Below, piece by piece: positions 1 to 8,008 of a stretch of DNA of 39,945 nt (position 1 is the first letter of the stretch; each line of letters begins with the position of its first letter). Position numbers and translations under genes: made by a program. The notes beneath the pieces are model-generated. The model did no database searches, had not been told where the DNA came from, and saw only the letters and a program-made list of their open reading frames with translations. The stretch lies in contig JAVJSW010000034.1 of assembly GCA_040219255.1 (NCBI GenBank), positions 1 to 39,945 of the forward strand, given 5' to 3'. This stretch comes from Sumerlaeia bacterium. Lineage in GTDB: Bacteria; Sumerlaeota; Sumerlaeia; SLMS01; JAHLLQ01.

Positions 1-354
1 CCGGCCGGCTGTTCCACCACGCCGGACACACGTTCAACGTCGTCGGCCTGACGGACGAAGCGGGCACCCGCGTGGAAGCCTACGAATACGACCCTTACGG
101 CGCCCACACCCGCATCTCCGACGGACCCGACGGCGACAGCGCGGTCAATTGGACCGCCGACGACACGCGCACCGCCTCCGCCAAATCGGCCTTCGGCGCC
201 ACCGCGCTCTACACGGGCCAGCGCTGGGACGCCGAGACAGGGCTGCATTACTACAAACGCCGGTACTACGACGATGGGCTGGGGCGGTTTGTGAGCCGGG
301 ATCCGATCGGAACCTGGGGGGATTATCTGGCGATGGGGAATGGGTATGGGTATG
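1..354 (+). repeat. Direct repeat copy 1 of Rhs core 3' region (copy 2 at 2843-3196)
   Basis: Manual alignment at offset 2842 gives about 9 substitutions in 354 nt. Identity ends just before the PxxxxDPxGL coding segment. Confidence 0.95.
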
Positions 355-983
355 CGTCGTCTATTCCAACTGTTCGAGTCGACACGTTGGGGCTTGAAAC
401 AACAAGCATTAATGATGATGATATTGCGGAGATGATCGATCCTTTGTCAACATGCAAGTCGTGCATTGACCAAGCGATGCAAAAGCCATACATAAAGTCT
501 GTTATAAAGATATTTACAGATGAAGATTGCAATATTCCAAACATAAAATGCAACGAAAAATGTCCTTGTGACAAAAATGGTAATTCGCCATACGGCATGT
601 ATCATCCTAATAGCGGATCAATAAGTCTATGTGTTGCCAAGAATGTAAAAGGGGGTTGCAGTGGCAGGGAAAAAACTATTTATCATGAACTTGTCCATGC
701 ACTGGACCACTGCCAGTCTTCCAATAAGAAGAATCCCTTTGGTGATTGTAATGATCTTGCGTGTACAGAGATACGCGCATACTATTACTCAGACTGTGGA
801 CATCTTGGTAGCCTAGAGCAGAGAAAGAAGTGTATTGCCAAGGCGGCCGCAGATTCAGTTGCAGGCTCCTCATCAAAGTGCGCACAGAAGGCTAGGGATT
901 ACGTAGCACAAAATTTGGAACGCTGCCTGCCCAAGGGGCCGTTGCTGCCGGGACAAACATTTCCTCCCAAGAAGGAAAAATAG
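3..983 (+). CDS. Rhs protein C-terminal part (5'-partial, open to the window edge) with a Cys-rich HEXXH metalloprotease toxin domain (Atp23/peptidase M76-like)
   Basis: Frame is open from position 3. Rhs-associated core YTGQRWDAETGLHYYKRRYYDDGLGRFVSRDPIG, then PxxxxDxxGL (PTVRVDTLGL, ending at 395), then an abrupt GC drop. The tip carries HELVHALDHC and LACTEIRA. Confidence 0.9.
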   Translation, partial: GRLFHHAGHTFNVVGLTDEAGTRVEAYEYDPYGAHTRISDGPDGDSAVNWTADDTRTASAKSAFGATALYTGQRWDAETGLHYYKRRYYDDGLGRFVSRDPIGTWGDYLAMGNGYGYASSIPTVRVDTLGLETTSINDDDIAEMIDPLSTCKSCIDQAMQKPYIKSVIKIFTDEDCNIPNIKCNEKCPCDKNGNSPYGMYHPNSGSISLCVAKNVKGGCSGREKTIYHELVHALDHCQSSNKKNPFGDCNDLACTEIRAYYYSDCGHLGSLEQRKKCIAKAAADSVAGSSSKCAQKARDYVAQNLERCLPKGPLLPGQTFPPKKEK

Positions 984-989
984 AATTAT

Positions 990-2042
990 ATGAGGATCAT
1001 CTTTGCGCTTCTGCTCGCATGTGTGCCGCTGCCTTGTTGCGGCTTTTCTCCTGTCTTTGAGAGTTCATATACAAGTGACACAATTGTTGCTTGGGGTGTA
1101 TTTAGCAATGAGATCGCTTTTATTCAAAGTGATGGCGTAGTAGTTATCCAGAATCTCAAGTCTGGTGAGAGTGAGGCAGTCTTTTTTATAGAGACAGATT
1201 TTCGGGAAGTAGGAACATGGGATTATGTGGGTGTCTATATAGATGACAGATACGTTGCCGCAACGGTCAACAATCAGTGCCATGTGTTTGATAGAGCGAG
1301 TGATGGGGCATATATAGTTGACGTTTCAACAAGCGCCAATCAATTGGGGCGCGTTGAATCTATCGAAGGCGAGGAAATTGTTTTTGCGTCATGGGGCAAT
1401 ATATGGGCAAAATACATTAAAGATTCAAGCGATGCGTGGAACATGGCCTGTCTATGTGAAACTCGTTCGCAACATGGTCGAGCGCATTACTTGGCCTCAA
1501 CGGGGCTTGGTGTTTTTGAATATAAGCCTGTCTATGATTGGGATTTCAATAAACTCATCGAAGTCGAGATGAAATCCGGTCTTACTTATTGGCAAGATTA
1601 TGTAGATTTGGGGTTGGAACTTTTGGAGAGCCAGCCCATCAGTGGCTTTTTAGCGGTCGAGCGAGAAACTGGTCGTGTAAGGTATTATAAGGTGCCGCAT
1701 GAATTTGATTTTACAAATTTGCCGTACATACTAAATAAAGATAAGCAGTTGCTTGCGGTTTCGAATGAAGGACGATTGTTTGTGGAACGTGATGGGCAAA
1801 TAGAAAGCTTATCTATCGACGACCACTCCGTTATTACTTTTGGCGGCGTCATGAGCAAAGATGTGGATGACTCAGAGTTTCAAGCCAGCGGAGACTATCT
1901 TATAAAAATGCCAAAGCTGATTGAAGAGAATGTCTGCAATACCTTTGCTAATGTTGTCACGAAATTATACAGAAATAGTAATGAGGCCGTGTGGTATGAC
2001 ATTGAAAACGAAAAGTTTGGTAGTGTTATTTTACATCGGTGA
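990..2042 (+). CDS. Putative secreted immunity protein for the upstream Rhs toxin (beta-propeller-like)
   Basis: Starts 6 nt after the toxin stop. Low GC like the toxin tip, N-terminal signal peptide (MRIIFALLLACVPLPCCG), beta-strand-rich WD40-like segments. Function is inferred from position. Confidence 0.7.
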   Translation: MRIIFALLLACVPLPCCGFSPVFESSYTSDTIVAWGVFSNEIAFIQSDGVVVIQNLKSGESEAVFFIETDFREVGTWDYVGVYIDDRYVAATVNNQCHVFDRASDGAYIVDVSTSANQLGRVESIEGEEIVFASWGNIWAKYIKDSSDAWNMACLCETRSQHGRAHYLASTGLGVFEYKPVYDWDFNKLIEVEMKSGLTYWQDYVDLGLELLESQPISGFLAVERETGRVRYYKVPHEFDFTNLPYILNKDKQLLAVSNEGRLFVERDGQIESLSIDDHSVITFGGVMSKDVDDSEFQASGDYLIKMPKLIEENVCNTFANVVTKLYRNSNEAVWYDIENEKFGSVILHR

Positions 2043-2341
2043 TCGGCGTATATTCCGCCAGGTTTATTGGCCCAGAAAGCTCTCGCTCATTATTGTCCGG
2101 TCCCTTCTCCTCTCCCGAAATCGCAGAGCGCCCCCGACAAAATCCACTACTTCTCCGCCAAGCTATTGGAGTATTGTAAATTTCCTACAGGCCCCATCTT
2201 GACGTCGCCGCCGCCTCCTTTCATCATGCTTTCCCCATTTCACTCCAAGAGAGCGAGCGATGGTGGAGTCGAGATCAGTACGAAATGATACCCACGCACG
2301 AATGAAGCAGCCTCTTGCCATCAGCGGAGACAACTCCCCCC

Positions 2342-2495
2342 TTACAACCGAATCCTCTCCACCATCTCCTGCCCGATGCGCTCCTCCGTGCGGTCATAGA
2401 GCTTCGTCGTCCGGGGCGACTCGTGGGCCGCGATCAGGGCGGCGTCCTCCAGCGTGCCGCCGTTTTCCATGAACGCCGTGATCCCCGTCGCCCGG
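2342..2495 (-). pseudogene. Tyrosine recombinase (phage integrase family) 3' fragment, copy 1
   Basis: Encodes RATGITAFMENGGTLEDAALIAAHESPRTTKLYDRTEERIGQEMVERIRL*, with the catalytic H and Y. Near-identical to 4878-5031; the N-terminal part is absent. Confidence 0.85.
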
Positions 2496-2529
2496 CGGCG
2501 GGATTGGGGTTGGCAGGAGGTGTGGGGCG

Positions 2530-3786
2530 GTGGCAGAGCTTGTCGCGAGTTTGAACAGGGCGTTGATGATGGCTGAGCGCGAATGCGTACCACTTTTTCT
2601 CGACGACGCCACCGGCCGGCGCGTCCGCAAAGTCGTCACCAACGGCGGCAAGGACGCCGACTCGTCGCTCGACGGCACGACGGATTTCTACTACGACGGC
2701 TGGCAATTGATCGAAGAACGCGACGCCGCCGACACCCCCGGCGCCCAATACGCCTATGGCAACTACCTCGACGAAGTCTGGGTGCGCGACGACCGCGCGG
2801 GGGGCTCGGCCACCATCGCCTCGCTCAACGACGGCTCGGGCGCCGGCCGGCTGTTCCACCACGCCGGGCGCACGTTCAACGTCGTCGGCCTGACGGACGA
2901 AGCGGGCACCCTCGTGGAAGCCTACGAATACGGCCCTTACGGCGCCCACACCCGCATCTCCGACGGACCCGACGGCGACAGCGCGGTCAATTGGTCCGCC
3001 GACGACACGCGCACCGCCTCCGCCAAATCGGCCTTTGGCGCCACCGCGCTCTACACGGGCCAGCGCTGGGACGCCGAGACAGGGCTGCATTACTACAAAC
3101 GCCGGTACTACGACGATGGGCTGGGGCGGTTTGTGAGTAGGGATCCGATCGGGACCTGGGGGGATTATCTGGCGATGGGGAATGGGTATGGGTATGTGGG
3201 GAATAATTCGCTAGTCGGAATGGACCCGCTTGGACTTGAAGAAGCAAAAGCGGACAACTCCGTCGCAGAGTGTGAAAGACTCAAGAAAACCATGTATCAG
3301 GACGAATTTATTCGAAAAATCAGAGAGGGTCTTGAGAAGAAAGGGTGCGATTTGCCATTGGTTTGGTGTGGCGAATGCAAAGAAACTTGGCGGGGATATT
3401 GCTCAGAGTGGTCTGAAGAGGATGGCGGCAAATTCAATAGGAGAAGTAAGATAGTTGTTTGTACAAACAATTTTACTGACCCAACAGAAATGCTGGAAGT
3501 CTTCCGACACGAGTTCGTGCACGCTTCCGACAACTGCGACGGAAAAGGTTCGATCAAAAACAAGAAGTGCAACAAGAGCATTTGTACCGAGATTAGGGCG
3601 TATTACTACTCGAGGTGTCAATCTCGGGGTAATGCGGCAAAAAACTGTGTTCTTGAAGGGGTGAAGAACTCCTCGCAAAATTCATGTAAAGGCGAAGACA
3701 TTAGGAACAAAGTCATGGCGCTGTATGAGCATTGCATAGACATTGGTGTTCCTGGGCCTGAGAGCGGCCCTTTTGTTCTTCCTTGA
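2530..3786 (+). CDS. Orphan Rhs C-terminal cassette with a second Atp23/M76-like HEXXH metalloprotease toxin domain
   Basis: Rhs similarity starts at about 2601 (DATGRRVRK...FYYDGWQLIEE). Rhs core, then NSLVGMDPLGL (ends 3237), then a low-GC tip with HEFVHASDNC and ICTEIRAYYYS. Start codon uncertain (GTG 2530 after GGAGG). Confidence 0.88.
   Translation: MAELVASLNRALMMAERECVPLFLDDATGRRVRKVVTNGGKDADSSLDGTTDFYYDGWQLIEERDAADTPGAQYAYGNYLDEVWVRDDRAGGSATIASLNDGSGAGRLFHHAGRTFNVVGLTDEAGTLVEAYEYGPYGAHTRISDGPDGDSAVNWSADDTRTASAKSAFGATALYTGQRWDAETGLHYYKRRYYDDGLGRFVSRDPIGTWGDYLAMGNGYGYVGNNSLVGMDPLGLEEAKADNSVAECERLKKTMYQDEFIRKIREGLEKKGCDLPLVWCGECKETWRGYCSEWSEEDGGKFNRRSKIVVCTNNFTDPTEMLEVFRHEFVHASDNCDGKGSIKNKKCNKSICTEIRAYYYSRCQSRGNAAKNCVLEGVKNSSQNSCKGEDIRNKVMALYEHCIDIGVPGPESGPFVLP
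2843..3196 (+). repeat. Direct repeat copy 2 of Rhs core 3' region
   Basis: About 97% identical to 1-354 by manual alignment. Confidence 0.95.
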
Positions 3787-3810
3787 AAAGGTACAATAGG
3801 AGAGAATATT

Positions 3811-4761
3811 ATGCTTTTGCAGGCTAGTATTATTGGAATATTACTCCCAATTCTGGTTCCCATTGTTCAGGACGATAACCAAATAGTTGGATTCTCCCAA
3901 CAAGGAGCTTTTTCTTACCTTCTCAGGGGGAATGGAGGGGTGACTCGTGTCGACTTGGCAAATGGCGATTCCAGCAACTTCATCGAGTGGTTAGGAGATT
4001 TCTCAAACGCGACAAGAATTGCTTCCCTCTGGGTGAGTGATGACTACGTCGTGGGGCAGAGCGACGAGAACCTATATGTCTGGGACATCCACAAAAAGGA
4101 ATTATCCCATCCTAATTATTTTGGCGATTTTGTTGGATTTTGCAACCATGGATTGCTATTCAACATTGCTGGAATAGCATCGATGTGCGAAGACTTCTCA
4201 GGCGAACATTGCGACAAATTGAATATTTCGACTACAAATGTTTATTCTAGATGGGATGCAAGCGGGGACGTGCTTGCTGTGAGCACTTATGACTATGGAA
4301 CAACGGCTGCCTTACTATCAGCGACTCATTCCTACCCAAGTTATTATTCGGACACAAAGCTTCTTGCTGTCGCAAATGATGTTATTGCATTGAGGAGAAA
4401 ATTGCCAAATGAGACCGTCTTCTACTACGTAAGCGTTAATCAGGCCAAGAGAGACCACCGCGTAGGACCGATTGCATTTCTACGACTCGATCAGAGGATC
4501 ACTGCTGATCACTTGATTCTTTCGCCCGATGCAAAGTACTATGCAATGCTGTATTGGGACTTGCTGGCTGTGGGCACTTTGACAGCGTCGGATGAAATGG
4601 CACAATCTGTTGTGATTGACGGACTTTCACATATGAGCACACTTGTTGGATTGTTGAAACATGGTGATTGGCTGCATTTGGCATATGTAGACTATGAAGA
4701 CAATATCAAATTTATGCGCATTCGCTTGAAAGATAAGCCCGTTGATGGCGATGTGAAGTGA
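3811..4761 (+). CDS. Putative secreted immunity protein for the second Rhs toxin (beta-propeller-like)
   Basis: AGGAG RBS near 3798, hydrophobic N-terminus, low GC, immediately after the toxin. Shows local similarity to 990-2042. Confidence 0.7.
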   Translation: MLLQASIIGILLPILVPIVQDDNQIVGFSQQGAFSYLLRGNGGVTRVDLANGDSSNFIEWLGDFSNATRIASLWVSDDYVVGQSDENLYVWDIHKKELSHPNYFGDFVGFCNHGLLFNIAGIASMCEDFSGEHCDKLNISTTNVYSRWDASGDVLAVSTYDYGTTAALLSATHSYPSYYSDTKLLAVANDVIALRRKLPNETVFYYVSVNQAKRDHRVGPIAFLRLDQRITADHLILSPDAKYYAMLYWDLLAVGTLTASDEMAQSVVIDGLSHMSTLVGLLKHGDWLHLAYVDYEDNIKFMRIRLKDKPVDGDVK

Positions 4762-4877
4762 ATTCGATTCTCTCTCGCTCCCTCCATAGATGCTTATTCC
4801 CTTCTGGCCTCGTCTGGTCACACAATTTGCCTCCATAATTATCCCAATTCCATCCACTCAAACGAAGCTCCCCCCCC

Positions 4878-5261
4878 TCACAACCTTATCCTCTCCACCA
4901 TCTCCTGCCCGATGCGCTCCTCCGTGCGGTCATAGAGCTTCGTCGTCCGGGGCGATTCGTGGGCCGCGATCAGGGCGGCGTCCTCCAGCGTGCCGCCGTT
5001 CTCCATGAACGCTGTGATGCCCGTCGCCCGGAAGGTGTGGTTCGACACCGGAGCCATGATCCCAAACGCCCGGCACCGGCGCCGCACCATGGACCAGGCG
5101 CTGCCGCGCGTCAGCCGCATGCCGCTCAAGACCCCGCCCCGCCCCGGCGCCCCCTGAAACAGCGCCGCCTTCGCCCGCCCCCCGAGCCCGGCCGCTTCGA
5201 TGTAGGCGTCCAGGTACTCGGCCAGCAGATGGTGACAGGGCACCTCGTGCTCCTTGCCGCC
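4878..5261 (-). pseudogene. Tyrosine recombinase 3' fragment, copy 2 (longer)
   Basis: GGKEHEVPCHHLLAEYLDAYI...NHTFRATGIT...AAHESPRTTKLYD: the HxxR, H and Y catalytic motifs are present. The first catalytic Arg and N-terminal domain are missing, replaced by repeat arms at 5275-5393. Confidence 0.88.
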
Positions 5262-5274
5262 ACCAAACACCCCG

Positions 5275-5393
5275 CCTTTGCACCTTCGCTGCTTTGCTGC
5301 TTTGCGTCGAAAACAGAACACCCGCGCCCCTCCCTCCCCACGCCCAGCACCCCAAAGCCCCAACCTCAGCGTCCTCCGCGTCTCTGCGGTGAA
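5275..5393. repeat. Two solitary palindromic-element arms (ctttgctgctttgcgtc type; ctcagcgtcctccgcgtctctgcggtgaa type)
   Basis: 5364-5393 resembles the right arms at 13377-13408 and 17471-17498. 5275-5313 shows 8-bp periodicity. Confidence 0.55.
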
Positions 5394-5454
5394 TTCCCAT
5401 CCTCCGCACCTCCGAACCACTCCCATTACGCGACTTACCCGCCCCTAAGCTCCT

Positions 5455-5484
5455 CTTGTCTGTTTAGTCTGACAAGTGTATTTT
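5455..5484 (+). promoter_or_regulatory. Possible sigma70 promoter overlapping an inverted-repeat operator
   Basis: TTGTCT-N17-TATTTT (5456-5484) in an AT-rich patch. CTTGTC-N10-GACAAG palindrome; TAGTCTGACAA fits the FadR/GntR-type TNGT-N3-ACNA pattern. Confidence 0.3.
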
Positions 5485-5695
5485 GTCTTTCTTGTTCCCG
5501 AAGCTCCACATGAGGGGACAAACGGCCGGGGTTGTGGGAGGCTCTCTCCAGTTCGATCCCGAGTCCCAGGAGCCCCCCGCCATGACGAACCCGACCGATG
5601 CCCCGATTCCGCCGCGCCCCGCGGCGCGCGCCGTTTCCCGCGAGAAATGGAACGCCCCCTTGACCCCCGGCCCCCGGCCCCGGCAGCATCATTCC

Positions 5696-5901
5696 GCTGA
5701 TGGTTTTTCCGCCGGCCGCTTTGCCGCGGACGGAGGAAGAGAAAGGGAATCCGGTGCGAATCCGGAACTGCCCCGCAGCGGTAACGCGGAACGAACGCCG
5801 CCCCTAAGCCACTGGCTCCATTGGAGTTGGGAAGGCGCGGCCAGTAGAAACGGGCTCGATCCGCGAGCCCCCGCCGCTAAGTCCGAAGACCTGCCACCAG
5901 C
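5696..5901 (+). promoter_or_regulatory. Cobalamin (B12) riboswitch
   Basis: Diagnostic elements in order: tGGT at the P1 start, AAAGGGAATCCGGTGCGAATCCGGAACTGCCCCGCAGCGGT, GCCACTG, GGGAAGGC and the B12 box AAGTCCGAAGACCTGCC. P1 gctgatggt pairs with gccaccagc. Possible promoter TTGACC-N18-CAGCAT at 5660-5689. Confidence 0.95.
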
Positions 5902-5983
5902 CCGCGCGGCCTTTTCGAATCGCCTTCAGCGCCGCCCGGCATTCGGCCGCCTTCGAGGGAAGGGTGGCACGGACTCTCGTTTC

Positions 5984-8008
5984 ATGGACGCACATCCTCC
6001 CCCCTGGCGCGCCGGGCTTCTGCTCGCCGCCGCCCTCCTGGCCCCCGGCGACGCCCCGGGCCAGGCCCATCCCACGCGCTTCGCCACCCGCGTAACCGCC
6101 CACAACCACCCCGGCGGTTAGTTCTTCGGCGAGTTGGAGAACACCCTCGGCGGCCCCACCGGACTCGGTGCCGAGCAAGGCAGCCTCGATGTCTGGGCCC
6201 TTGGCTCCGATCCGCTCAACCCGGACGCCGCGTGGCTGACGCTCGGCTTCGACGTCGTTCTGCGCAACGGCCCCGGCCCGGACCTGATCGTGTTCGAGAA
6301 CGGCTTCTTCCAGGGCGCCGCCCCCGACCAATTCCTCGGCGAACTGGCCTTTGTCGAAGTCAGCACCGACGGCGCCGCCTTCGCCCGCTTTCCCGCCCGC
6401 ACCACGTCAACGGAGCCGGTGGGGCCCTTCGGCCTGATCGATCCGGATGCCTACGAAAACCTCGCGGGCAATCGGCCGACCTTTGCCAATGTGGAACTTA
6501 GCCCCGTCGATCCACTGCCTTTCGACGCGGCGGCGGCGGGCGGAACGGCGTTTGATTTCGACGACCTGACCACCCATCCGCTGGTGGTGTCGGGCGTGGT
6601 GGACCTGGACCGGATCCGCCAGGTCCGCATCGTGGACATCCATGGCGACGGCTCGGTGCTCGATGCCTATGGAAACACGATTTACGATCCCACCGGCATC
6701 GGCAACGCAGCGGATATCGACGCCGCGGCGGCGATCCATTTCCACGAGGAAACGCCGCGCCCCTGGAGCCAATTCGCAGGCTCCTCCTCGGGCGGCGGGC
6801 GCCAGTTCATCCCCGCCACCGTCACGGCCCTGACCTCGCCCACGTGGACGACGGCGGAGGGCGGCCTCGCGCCGACCGGGTCGATGGTCCTGATGCCGGG
6901 CGATCCGGACCGCGTCATCGCCTGGGGGCCGGACGGCGAGGAAAGTCTCCGCGTTTCAGCCTTCGACGCCCGCACTGGCGCCCGCCCCTGGCAAACGGCG
7001 CCCCTCGCCGATGGCTTCGCCCTCGATTTTGAATCCTGGTCCACGGCCTGCGCCGACCCGGCCACCAGTCGTGTGCTCTTTGCCTGTGGTGGCTTGGCTT
7101 ACGGCTTCGATGCAGAGGATGGCCGGGAAGTCTGGCGGACGGCGCTCGATGCCGGAGGCAGCGCCGAAGTGGTCAATGGCTCCTTTCACGTCCTTGATGG
7201 CACAGCGTTTATCTCGACCTATGGCGGCTTTACGCCGAACCAGAAACGGCTCTACGCGATCCGCGTGGCCGACGGTCAAGTTCTCTGGAGTCAACAGGAT
7301 GGTGGCTCCGGCAGCGAATCCCCCGCCGTCATCCCCGCCCGCGACGGCCAGACTTCGCGCGTGGTGACCCTGACGGCGCAGGGCATGGCCTGCTATCGCG
7401 CGGCCAACGGGGCGGCGCTCTGGACCAGCGCGGCGCCCCTTGGCGGCGCCGAGTCCTGGCAGACGGCCCACGGATTTTTCGGCGGCCTGACCGCCGCCGA
7501 GGGCGTGGTGCTGGCCTCGACGTATAGCTTTCGCGAGGAGGCCGAACTGGTCTGTGTGGACGCGCGGACGGGGCGGCTTCTGTGGCGTAACCCCAACGCC
7601 CTCAACAGCGACGGCACCCCCACGGTGGCCGGCGGCGCGGTTTTCGTGGCGGGCGAGGAAGAGTTCTCGCGCAGCTACGTCGCCGCCTACGCGCTCTCGA
7701 CCGGCGAGGAGTTGTGGAAGACTCAGATCACGGAAGATGGCTCGCTCTGGCGCCTCTCGACGGTGGCGACGGAGGATGCCCTCTACGTCACCGGCGGCGA
7801 GGCCTCGGCCGAGGATGGCGGAGGACTCTACCGATTGGACTTAGCCACCGGCGCGGTGCGGTCGCGGTCGCCGGTGTTGCATTCCGGAACGCCCGCCATC
7901 GCCCCCGATGGCGCTCTCTACGTCTTCACGCCGGGCGGCCGCCTCAGCGCCTATCTCCCGCCATCTCAACCCCTGACGCCTCCGACAGGTTGGTTTTTCT
8001 ATGAATAA
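5984..8008 (+). CDS. Secreted cell-surface protein (BtuH-like N-terminal domain plus PQQ/BamB-type beta-propeller), interrupted by an in-frame TAG at 6119-6121; the ORF track calls 6134-8008
   Basis: ATG 5984 gives a signal peptide (RAGLLLAAALLAPG) in the same frame as 6134-8008. Motifs NGPGPDLIVFENGF, ELAFVEVSTDG, GGTAFDFDDL, then repeated DARTG/AxTGxxxW propeller motifs. Ends TGWFFYE. Confidence 0.75.

Noticed and set aside
1-3196. Rhs core repeats as a DGR template/variable repeat pair
   Set aside because: Only about 5 of 9 differences are at adenines, they lie in the conserved core rather than the variable tip, and there is no reverse transcriptase in the window.
4878-5426. Intact integrase or integron integrase with attC cassettes
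   Set aside because: The N-terminal part of the 182-aa ORF is translated repeat DNA. The first catalytic Arg is missing, there is no IntI-specific insertion, and no attC-like GTTRRRY palindromes were seen between cassettes.
5483-5983. N-terminal part of the 212-aa ORF 5483-6121
   Set aside because: It runs through the cobalamin riboswitch; only the portion from ATG 5984 looks coding.
6119-6121. Genome-wide TAG reassignment
   Set aside because: gspK, htrA, batE and ribE end at TAG at plausible C-termini.
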